From contig BTVV01000003.1 in NCBI GenBank assembly GCA_045863855.1, positions 69,523 through 133,522 of the forward strand: a stretch of 64,000 nucleotides of DNA. The letters run 5' to 3'. Under the pieces are notes generated by a model. That model saw nothing but the letters and a program-made list of their open reading frames with translations. It ran no database searches and was not told where the DNA came from. Position numbers and translations under genes: made by a program. How positions within the stretch are numbered: position 1 is the first letter of the stretch; the number at the start of each line of letters is the position of its first letter. Positions 36,719-44,778 of this stretch are shown piece by piece. The stretch is from Planctomycetota bacterium. GTDB lineage: Bacteria > Planctomycetota > SZUA-567 > H5-PLA8.

Positions 36719-38035
36719 TCACAGCGAGGCGGCCACGCGCTTCAGTCCGGCATTGAGCCGGGTCCACCAAGTCTCTCCGCGCGCTTCGCGGTACCTTGCG
36801 CGCGCCTGATGGCCGTACACGATGAGGCCGCAGAGTCCGCAGCCGCCAGGGCCGTCGAGTTCCACCGGCAACCCGACGGATTCCGCCAAGGCGGGCTCCC
36901 AGCGCGGGACGCCTTGCCGCACCGGCGCGCCGCCGAAGACCCGCGAGACGCAATCGGGCAGTCCGCGCAGCGCCGCGCCTTGTCCGACCAGCACTACGCC
37001 CGCGGCATGATGGCGCGAGAATCCGCTCAACCCCTCTCGCAGCGCGGTGAGGACCGGTACGAGCTGCGCTTCCAGCACCTTGGCCAGTTCGAAGGGCGCG
37101 ATGCGAATCCGAGCGAGTTCGTCGACGGCCGGTACTTCGATCGGCGCGGCATCCGGCAACGGCGCGGCGTCGCCCACGGCGCCGTGTGCGCGAATCAAAC
37201 CGCGGGCCGTCGTGGGCGCGATGCGGAAATGACGCGCGACGCCGGCCACCACCGCTTCCAATCCCGCGAGCCCGGCCTGCACACCGCCGCCTTGAGCCGA
37301 ATCCTGCCCGATGGCGCAGAGCTGGCGCAGCCGGCCGCCTTCCCAGAGCGCACCGCGGAAACCGCCGCCTGCAAAGTCGAGTACCGCCGCGCCCAGACCG
37401 CGTTCGTCGTCGGAGAGCGCACCGTAACTCGCGGCGAGCGGCTCGACGGCCACGTTTTCGATCTCGACGCCCGCCGCGCGCACGGCGCGCAGCAGGTTCT
37501 CGAGCCGGTCGGAAGGAACCGTCAAGAAGCTGCTGGCCATTGTCAACGTGGGTCCGCACAGTCCTACCGGGCGTTCGATGCCGGCCAATTCGCCCACGCG
37601 GTAGGGACCATCGAAGCGGTGAATCAAGCGACGGGTGCGGCCGCCTTCGGGATGCAGGCTCTTGCGCAGGCGTTCGACGTGCGATTCGGTGACGGCTGGG
37701 CACTCGCCGCCCAGCGGCAGCGTGCCTTGCGTGAGACTCATGCGCACTTCGCCGCTGCAGCCGACCACAACGCTTCGCACATCGGCCTCGGCGCGGTCGG
37801 CGACGGCCTGGACGACGATGCGGATCGATTCGGCGGCACGCTCGAGGTCGATCACTTCGCCGCCGCGAAGGCCGTAGCTGGCGACGGATTCCACCGCCAA
37901 CAGGCGCGGCTTGCCGAAATCGGCTTCGGCCAGCGCGCAGGCCACGCGGGAACTGCCCACTTCCAGCACCACGATGGCTTCGCCGCCGTGGCGGCTTATG
38001 GGGGCGGCGGTTCCTTCGGCGGAAGCATGAAGCAT
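36719..38035 (-). CDS. ftsA: Cell division protein FtsA (divergent)
   Basis: VLEVGSSRV, SYGLRGGEVIDLERAAESI, EPLAASYGALSDDERGLGAAVLDF, GVVLVGQGA, PVRQGVP, C-terminal amphipathic WWTRLNAGLK. Confidence 0.85.
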   Translation of the reverse strand: MLHASAEGTAAPISRHGGEAIVVLEVGSSRVACALAEADFGKPRLLAVESVASYGLRGGEVIDLERAAESIRIVVQAVADRAEADVRSVVVGCSGEVRMSLTQGTLPLGGECPAVTESHVERLRKSLHPEGGRTRRLIHRFDGPYRVGELAGIERPVGLCGPTLTMASSFLTVPSDRLENLLRAVRAAGVEIENVAVEPLAASYGALSDDERGLGAAVLDFAGGGFRGALWEGGRLRQLCAIGQDSAQGGGVQAGLAGLEAVVAGVARHFRIAPTTARGLIRAHGAVGDAAPLPDAAPIEVPAVDELARIRIAPFELAKVLEAQLVPVLTALREGLSGFSRHHAAGVVLVGQGAALRGLPDCVSRVFGGAPVRQGVPRWEPALAESVGLPVELDGPGGCGLCGLIVYGHQARARYREARGETWWTRLNAGLKRVAASL

Positions 38036-38065
38036 GGCGGTACGATCCTCAGGGTAAGGGTCCTC

Positions 38066-38995
38066 TTACCGCGGCATTACCGGCGCACGCGGCTGGTCGA
38101 GCTTGATGTAACGCACCGGCAGGCGATCCCACTCGAAGAGCCGGTTGTAGAGCAGTTCCGCCTTCTCGCGATGACTCGGTTCACCTTCGGGTCGGCGCTC
38201 CTCGGCGGCGTAACCCCACTCAACGATGGCCCCGCTGTCCATCCAGATGCGCCAGCGGCCCTGGGCCTCGCGTACAAAGCGAGTGGCTTGCCGATCGCCG
38301 GGTAACCGTCCCAGCACGCCACGGACGGTTACGAGCAGGTCGAGTCCTTCCTGAAGCTCGCTACCTCCCAGCGGCTGGCCGGCAGGCTGCGGCGCGAGGT
38401 TGAGTCCGGTTATCGAAGGCAGGCGCAGGCGACCGGTCTCACCGGCCGGATCTTCTTGGACGGCCAGGTCGCCGGCCCGCATAGGAAGCACGTGGCCAGT
38501 GCGATCGACGACCGCGTATCCACCTGCCAACTCTACGCGCGCGAAAGGCGATCGAAGGGTCCAGTCCTCCACTTGCAGGGCCGCCGGATAACGCACCTTT
38601 ACCGAGCCGACGCGAGCGATCCAGGGATTTGCTTCGTACAGTCGACCCAGTTCGCGCGCGAGGCCGGGTTCGAAGACCGAACGGCCTTCCAGGGCCAACG
38701 GTACCTGAACCAGGACGCGGGCTTCTTCGAGCGGCAACCAGACGGGACGCGAGTCGGCCTTAAGGATGGGCTGCTGCAGCCTTTCCTTGGTCAGCAGCGC
38801 CTGCGCATCCTGCTTGGTAGGCAACCACAAAAGGTAGGCGGCTCCGGCGTAAAGGACGGCTAGGGCCAGCAGCGGAAGCGTAGGACGGATGGCGCGGCCC
38901 AAGGCTTCGCCCAACGAACGCGCAAAGTTCGGCGCGGACGGACCTTGGATGACGCGAGTGGCTTTCTTTTTATCGCCCGCTTTGGCGCGTGGCAT
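38066..38995 (-). CDS. ftsQ: FtsQ/DivIB-like protein
   Basis: Single TM, POTRA-like NPWIARVGSVKVRYPAALQV, VVDRTGHVL, LPSITG, C-terminal YIKL; upstream of ftsA. Confidence 0.72.
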   Translation of the reverse strand: MPRAKAGDKKKATRVIQGPSAPNFARSLGEALGRAIRPTLPLLALAVLYAGAAYLLWLPTKQDAQALLTKERLQQPILKADSRPVWLPLEEARVLVQVPLALEGRSVFEPGLARELGRLYEANPWIARVGSVKVRYPAALQVEDWTLRSPFARVELAGGYAVVDRTGHVLPMRAGDLAVQEDPAGETGRLRLPSITGLNLAPQPAGQPLGGSELQEGLDLLVTVRGVLGRLPGDRQATRFVREAQGRWRIWMDSGAIVEWGYAAEERRPEGEPSHREKAELLYNRLFEWDRLPVRYIKLDQPRAPVMPR

Positions 38996-39167
38996 ACCGT
39001 CCCCCCTTCGAACGCCGAAAATGGCACGTCGTTATTTCTTTTCGGCTGCCGTACGGTGGAACTGAAGCCCTTTCGCTCCAAGCCTTCGTGGGCGCGGCAC
39101 TTCCGCTTTCCGGAGCGTGGTCTTGAGGGTACCTTGGAGATTCGCGAACGACGCCGTTCGCTCACCC

Positions 39168-40754
39168 ATGCCGCCTACGATCCTCGCCCGCCTGCCCTAC
39201 GCCGCCGCCGGTTTTGGCGGCCCGCTGATGAGCGCATGGGCAGACGACTTCGACCGGGTACGCCCTTATATCCGCCGCGATCCGCGGTCCGACGCCGATA
39301 TTCGCTCGGTGCTCGACGCGATCGACGCGCAGGCGTATCCGCGTGCAGAACTGGCTTCGGTTCTGAACGCCGAGTGCGCTCGCCACGGCGCGCCCGAAGC
39401 GGCGCACGCAAATGCCGCGAAATTAATCGAACCTCGAACATATGCCGTGATCACCGGCCAGCAGGCGGGGTTGTTCGGAGGACCGCTCTTCACGGTCCTG
39501 AAGGCGCTCAGCGCCGTGCGTTGGGCGCGCGATCTGGAGAACCGCTTCGGGCCGTCGCGCCGGTTCGTGCCCGTGTTCTGGGTCGCCAGCGACGATCACG
39601 ATCTCGGCGAAGTCGATCACACCTATTTCTTGAGCGCGAGCGGGGAGGTCGAACGCTTGCGCGTGGAAGTGCCTGCAGCTCAGCGCAACCTCGCGGCGGG
39701 TGATGTACGAGTTGCCGAGCAGATCGAGCGCTTGCGCGAGGTGCTGACCGGCCTGGCGCCAGGCGCGGCGGATGGGCTGATCGATCCGTATCGAACCCGG
39801 AGTTTGGGCGGCGCGTGCGCGCGCCTATTGAGCTTCTGGCTGGGGGCGCTGGGGCTGGTGGTGACGGAGTCGACCGCGCTACGGCCGTTGGGTCGCGGAT
39901 TGTTTAAGCGGGCCTGTACCGAGTTCGAGACTTCGCACCGTCTGGTTCGCGCGGCCGGAGCGTCCTTGGCTGCCGCCGGTTTCGAGCCCGGCATTGCGCC
40001 CGAAAGCATGGGCGATCCCGCGCCGTTCCTGTTTGAGCATCGCCAAGGCAAGCGCGTAAAGCTGACGGCCGAGGACGCGCGCAGTCCGGACGTTCGCGCG
40101 CGGTTGGAAGCGCATCCCGAGCATTTTTCGGCGGCGGCGGCCTTGCGCCCAGTCTTGCAGCAAGCGCTGTTTCCCGTGGCTGCGGCGGTGCTGGGTCCGG
40201 GCGAGATGGCGTATTGGGCCCAGTTGCCCGAGCTGCACGCGCAGTTCGGCGCCGTCTGGCCGCTGCTGGTGCCGCGCGCTTCGGCGACGCTTCTCGACGC
40301 CGTTGCCACTAAAACCGTGAAGCGGCTCGAGATTCCCGCCGCCGACGCTTTGCTGCCTTGGGCCGAGCTGCAGGCGAAGCATGTGACCGGCGGACCCTTG
40401 GGTGCGCGGCTAGACGAGCGTTCCAAGCGGGTGCTGGCCGAACTGGAAGGCATCCATGCCGACGTGCGTGAAGTGGATCGCGGGCTGGAACCGTTGTTCG
40501 AGAAGGCGCGGCAGCGCATTTCGAGCGAGTTGGAACGCGTGGCCGCGAAGGTAAAGGCGAATCTCGCCGAACGCGACGGCGCGCGCTTGACGCGCTTGAA
40601 GTATCTGTCGGCCTGCGCGAAGCCGCTGGGCCGGCCGCAGGAACGGACGCTCTGCGCGGCGCAGTTTACGGGGTTCGATCCAAGTCTGGCCGGGGAGTTA
40701 CTGGAAGCGCTGGAACCGTTGAGTTTCGAACATCTCCTGATGGGGCGGGAGTAG
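39168..40754 (+). CDS. bshC: Bacillithiol biosynthesis cysteine-adding enzyme
   Basis: VITGQQAGLFGGPLFTVLKA, PVFWVASDDHD, LRPVLQ, GPGEMAYWAQL, PQER. Confidence 0.92.
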   Translation: MPPTILARLPYAAAGFGGPLMSAWADDFDRVRPYIRRDPRSDADIRSVLDAIDAQAYPRAELASVLNAECARHGAPEAAHANAAKLIEPRTYAVITGQQAGLFGGPLFTVLKALSAVRWARDLENRFGPSRRFVPVFWVASDDHDLGEVDHTYFLSASGEVERLRVEVPAAQRNLAAGDVRVAEQIERLREVLTGLAPGAADGLIDPYRTRSLGGACARLLSFWLGALGLVVTESTALRPLGRGLFKRACTEFETSHRLVRAAGASLAAAGFEPGIAPESMGDPAPFLFEHRQGKRVKLTAEDARSPDVRARLEAHPEHFSAAAALRPVLQQALFPVAAAVLGPGEMAYWAQLPELHAQFGAVWPLLVPRASATLLDAVATKTVKRLEIPAADALLPWAELQAKHVTGGPLGARLDERSKRVLAELEGIHADVREVDRGLEPLFEKARQRISSELERVAAKVKANLAERDGARLTRLKYLSACAKPLGRPQERTLCAAQFTGFDPSLAGELLEALEPLSFEHLLMGRE

Positions 40755-40758
40755 CACG

Positions 40759-42168
40759 ATGGATTACCTGGCTCCGGTGAGATCGCATTTGGACGGGATG
40801 CTGGCCCATGCGCCCGCCCGCGTGAGTAAGGATCCGACGGCGATGTGGTGGAGCGCCTTGGATCTGCGCACGCGTACGTATCCCGAACCCGACACGCACG
40901 CACCGGACATCGAGAAGCGCGTGTACCGCAACATCGACGCGCCGCGCGGCTGTTCGCTGTACTGGGATCTGCCGCAGCTTGCGGCGGCACACACCGCCAG
41001 CGCGTTGACGGGGCGTAACGAGTACGCGCTTGCCGCCGACGCGTACGTACGGGACTTCTTGCGTCGCTGCGTCGCCCAAAACGGCGTCTTGTTGTGGGGC
41101 AATCACTTCTATTGGGATGCGTGGCGTGGATGCACGCTTACGTTTAAAAGCGACGAGACGCCCGTTCCGGTGGACCCGGACACCGAAAGCGGCGGTTACC
41201 ACGAATGTCGGCCTCTGCCGCCGGCGTGGGCTGTGTTGTACCGAGTCGATGCGCGCGCCACTTCGCGCGCGATCCGTGAGTGCGTGACCCGGCACGTTTT
41301 CGATGCGGCAACCGGCGGGTTCAATCGCCATGCCGACGGGAAGAAGTCGCACGCGTTTATCGAATCGGGCGGCATTCTGGTCGAGAGCGCTGCGTGGCTG
41401 CACGCACGCGAAGACGCGCCGGAGCTGCTGGACCTCGCGCGTAAAATCGCGCGCTTCAGCTTCGAATCGCGGCATCCCGAAACAGGATTGATGGAAAACG
41501 ACCGGACCTCGAAGCGCTGGGATAAGTTGGTCTGCACGACCGAAGTAGGCTTGTGGGCGGGATCGCTCCTGCGCGCCTCGGAGTACTCGGGCGATGCTTT
41601 TTTCGCGGAGTGCGCGGCCGATGCCGTGCGTGCGTGGTTGCGATTCGGGTACGACGCCAAGGCGCGGCGTTACTACGGAAAGCTGAAGGTCGCGGACGGC
41701 TCGCCGAGTCTGGGTCCGAAGGAATCGGCCTATCAGCCGGGGGATTACGCCGATTTCTGGGCGCCGCTGTTTCCTGCCCACGATTATCCGTTCGCGCTTG
41801 CCGAGACGTGTCTGCGTCTGCATGCTCGGACAGGCGAAGACCTTTTCGCCGAAGCGGCGCGGAATCTGGCGGCGCAGTTGGCGCGCGAAACGCCCGTCAA
41901 CGGCGGGAAGGGTGGCTACGCCGAACACTACGGGCGCGGAATCCATTTTCTGGCGCACGCATCGCGGCATTTTAAGGATGCGGCGCTGCTCGAACAGGCG
42001 CAAGGCTTGGCCGACGAGGCGATCCGGGTGCTCCTGCTGGACGGCATGTTCCGCGGGCATCCGGGCGAAGATCGCTACGATGCGGTGGACGGGGTAGGCT
42101 TGCTGCTGCTTGGACTGATGACGCTGCACGCCGGCGCCGACGTGGAGGGGCATGGGTTTGGCTTCTAA
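40759..42168 (+). CDS. Hypothetical alpha/alpha-barrel protein, possibly polysaccharide-lyase-family-2-like
   Basis: Intact 469 aa ORF tightly coupled between bshC and bshB1; LLWGNHFYWD and GGFNRH resemble periplasmic pectate lyase-like proteins. Confidence 0.5.
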   Translation: MDYLAPVRSHLDGMLAHAPARVSKDPTAMWWSALDLRTRTYPEPDTHAPDIEKRVYRNIDAPRGCSLYWDLPQLAAAHTASALTGRNEYALAADAYVRDFLRRCVAQNGVLLWGNHFYWDAWRGCTLTFKSDETPVPVDPDTESGGYHECRPLPPAWAVLYRVDARATSRAIRECVTRHVFDAATGGFNRHADGKKSHAFIESGGILVESAAWLHAREDAPELLDLARKIARFSFESRHPETGLMENDRTSKRWDKLVCTTEVGLWAGSLLRASEYSGDAFFAECAADAVRAWLRFGYDAKARRYYGKLKVADGSPSLGPKESAYQPGDYADFWAPLFPAHDYPFALAETCLRLHARTGEDLFAEAARNLAAQLARETPVNGGKGGYAEHYGRGIHFLAHASRHFKDAALLEQAQGLADEAIRVLLLDGMFRGHPGEDRYDAVDGVGLLLLGLMTLHAGADVEGHGFGF

Positions 42169-42934
42169 GCCGAAACAAGCGGACGTGCTGGTGCTGGCTC
42201 CGCATCCGGACGATGCGGAGCTGTGCTGCGGCGGATTACTGCTCTTGATGCGCGCGGCAGGCATGTCGGTGGCGATCGCCGACTGCACGGAGGGTGAAAT
42301 GGGCACGCGGGGCACGGTGGCCACGCGCCGGCGCGAAGCGGCGGCAGCCGACCGGATCCTGGGCACCCACGCACGGGTGAATCTGAGGCTTCCGGATGGG
42401 CATCTGCGGGACGACGAACGCTTGCGCGTGGCGCTGGTGCGCGTGCTGCGGACGTTTCGTCCGCGGGTGGTGCTGGCGCCGCACTGGGAAGATCAGCATC
42501 CCGATCACGCCGCGGTGGGGCAGGCGGCGGAAGCGGTGGCCTGGCTTTGCGGCGCGCCGAAGTTCGATCCGCGCAGCGCCCAGGGAATTGCCGCGCACGA
42601 CCGGCCGCCTTACCGGCCCGAAACGGTGCTGTATTACAATAATCGCTACGGCATCGACGCGAACCTGGTGGTCGATATTTCGAGCGTCTTCGAGCGTAAG
42701 CTGGAGTTGGTGCTCTGCTACGGCACGCAATTCGGTCCGGGCAAGAAAAGCGCCAGCAAGGCGCCGCAAACGAAGCTGAGTAGCGCCCGGTTTATCGATT
42801 TTCTGCGCGCCATGCACGGGTTCTACGGATTCAAAATTGGCGCGGCGTACGGAGAGCCCTATTGCGTGAAGGGGCCGGTGGCGGTGAAAGACGTAGCCGG
42901 ATGGCTGGGTCGGGCCCCTAAATCGGCCAGGTGA
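42152..42934 (+). CDS. bshB1: Bacillithiol biosynthesis deacetylase (PIG-L family)
   Basis: APHPDDAEL, GEMGTRG, HPDH, AYGEP. Confidence 0.88.
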   Translation: MGLASKPKQADVLVLAPHPDDAELCCGGLLLLMRAAGMSVAIADCTEGEMGTRGTVATRRREAAAADRILGTHARVNLRLPDGHLRDDERLRVALVRVLRTFRPRVVLAPHWEDQHPDHAAVGQAAEAVAWLCGAPKFDPRSAQGIAAHDRPPYRPETVLYYNNRYGIDANLVVDISSVFERKLELVLCYGTQFGPGKKSASKAPQTKLSSARFIDFLRAMHGFYGFKIGAAYGEPYCVKGPVAVKDVAGWLGRAPKSAR

Positions 42935-42999
42935 ACGGAATGCGCGGACCGTACTCGATACATAGCGCGGCATAGGCATCGGTTTGGAGAGGGTCGGTC

Positions 43000-44130
43000 A
43001 TGCGCATCGGCATAGCTTGTTATCCGACTCACGGCGGTTCAGGCGTGGTGGCGAGCGAACTGGGCATCGACTTGGCCAAACGCGGGCACGAGGTTCACGT
43101 CTTCAGCTATGCGCTCCCGTTTCGATTGCGCGGCTTTTACGAGAACCTTTTCTTTCACGAGATCGACGTCGGGAGTTACCCGCTCTTCAAGTACCCGCCT
43201 TGGACGCTGGCGGCGGCGTGCAAGATGATCGAGGTGGCCGATGCGGTGAAGCTGGATGTGCTGCATGTGCACTACGCCGTGCCGTGGGCCGTTTGCGCGC
43301 ATTTAGCGCGCGAGGTGGTTTCGGAGTCGTGCGGAAGGCTGAAAATCGTCACGACGTTGCACGGGACGGATATCACCTTGGTAGGCGCGGAGCCGACTTT
43401 CTTCAAGATGACGAAGTTCGGGATCGAGCGCAGCGACGCGGTGACGACGGTCTCGAATTACCTGGCCGGCGAAACGAAAAAAACCTTCGGCGTGACTCGG
43501 CAGATCGACATCGTCTACAACTCGGTGGATCACGAACGCTTTCTGCCCCAGCCGCGGCGCTGCTGCCGCAAGCATTTTGCGCCGGACGGCGAGAAGGTGC
43601 TGATGCATATCTCGAACTTCCGGCCGGTGAAGAATGTCACCGACGTGGTGCGAACCTTCTCTCTTGTGCGCAAGGCGACGCCGGCCAAGCTGATCATGGT
43701 CGGCGAAGGGCCGGACCTGCCGGCGGCGCGCGAGGTGGCGCGCGAGTTGGGCGTCGAGAAGGACACGCATTTTCTCGGCAACCAGGATTCGGTGGAAGAG
43801 CTGCTTCCTTGCGCGGACTTGTTCCTGCTGCCGTCGCAGTACGAATCGTTCGGCTTGGCGGCCTTGGAAGCGATGAGCTGCGGCGTTCCTGTGATCGCGA
43901 CCGAGACCGGTGGTTTGGGCGAGGTGGTTTGCCCCGGCGAGGACGGCTGGCTGTGCCGGGTCGGCGATTACGAATGCATGGCTGCGCGAGCGATGGACGT
44001 GCTGGCCGATGAGCCGCGGCGCAAGGAAATGGGCCGAGCCGCGCGCCGCAAGGCCGAACTGAAATTCTCGCCCGGGATCATCGTGCCGCAGTATGAAAAT
44101 ATCTACCGCCGGGTCCTGAACCAGAAGTAA
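43000..44130 (+). CDS. bshA: N-acetyl-alpha-D-glucosaminyl L-malate synthase
   Basis: GIACYPTHGGSGVVASELG, HVHYAVP, TTLHGTDITLVG, SNFRPVK, ESFGLAALEAM. Confidence 0.95.
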   Translation: MRIGIACYPTHGGSGVVASELGIDLAKRGHEVHVFSYALPFRLRGFYENLFFHEIDVGSYPLFKYPPWTLAAACKMIEVADAVKLDVLHVHYAVPWAVCAHLAREVVSESCGRLKIVTTLHGTDITLVGAEPTFFKMTKFGIERSDAVTTVSNYLAGETKKTFGVTRQIDIVYNSVDHERFLPQPRRCCRKHFAPDGEKVLMHISNFRPVKNVTDVVRTFSLVRKATPAKLIMVGEGPDLPAAREVARELGVEKDTHFLGNQDSVEELLPCADLFLLPSQYESFGLAALEAMSCGVPVIATETGGLGEVVCPGEDGWLCRVGDYECMAARAMDVLADEPRRKEMGRAARRKAELKFSPGIIVPQYENIYRRVLNQK

Positions 44131-44306
44131 GGCCTTCTCTAGGCCTCAAAGGTTGAGGTTCCAGCCCGCCAGGCCCGAATCGCACAGGTGCGCCGCTTGT
44201 GCATGTAACCTCAGTCCATAATTTAAGTTAAATAGGATGCTATACGGTTGCGAAAAGGGGCGTCCATAGGCTAGGTTACATTGTGCAGCCTAAGAGGCGA
44301 CAATCG

Positions 44307-44756
44307 ATGATGCAGTCAAGCAACGGCTTTGGCGCCAGTGCCAGCGGCAGGCATCCGTTCCGCGGGCTTCACGCGGTCGTGGTGGATGACAATCCCGCGA
44401 CGGTAAAGCTGATTGAGTACATGATGCGCGAGGCGGGCTGGCAAGTCAGCGGGTTCAGCAAGCCGCACGAAGCGCTTGCGGCGTTGCCGCAGCTCGATCC
44501 CGATTTGATCGTGACCGATTTCCGCATGCCGCGGATGAACGGTCCCGAGTTTCTGCTTGAGGCCGAACGCTTGCATCCCGGCGTGCCGAAGATGGTGATG
44601 ACGGCTTACGGCGAAGATTTCGTCCTGCAGGATATGCTGCGCAAAGCCAGCGTACCGTGCGCGAGCAAGGCCAACGGCTTGATGGAAGTGCTGAGCCTGG
44701 CGGAGCAACTCGTCTCGGTGCGCCTGGCATGCAAACGCGCACGCGTCGCGGTCTGA
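44307..44756 (+). CDS. Single-domain response regulator
   Basis: VVDDN, DLIVTDFRMPRMNG, MTAYG, SK. Confidence 0.85.
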   Translation: MMQSSNGFGASASGRHPFRGLHAVVVDDNPATVKLIEYMMREAGWQVSGFSKPHEALAALPQLDPDLIVTDFRMPRMNGPEFLLEAERLHPGVPKMVMTAYGEDFVLQDMLRKASVPCASKANGLMEVLSLAEQLVSVRLACKRARVAV

Positions 44757-44778
44757 GCTTACTCCTCAAACGATTTCG

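Noticed and set aside
36678..37703. N-terminal 342 aa of the 660 aa track ORF 35721..37703
   Set aside because: Arg-rich off-frame read-through overlapping ftsA; only the part from GTG 36677 looks like a real protein.
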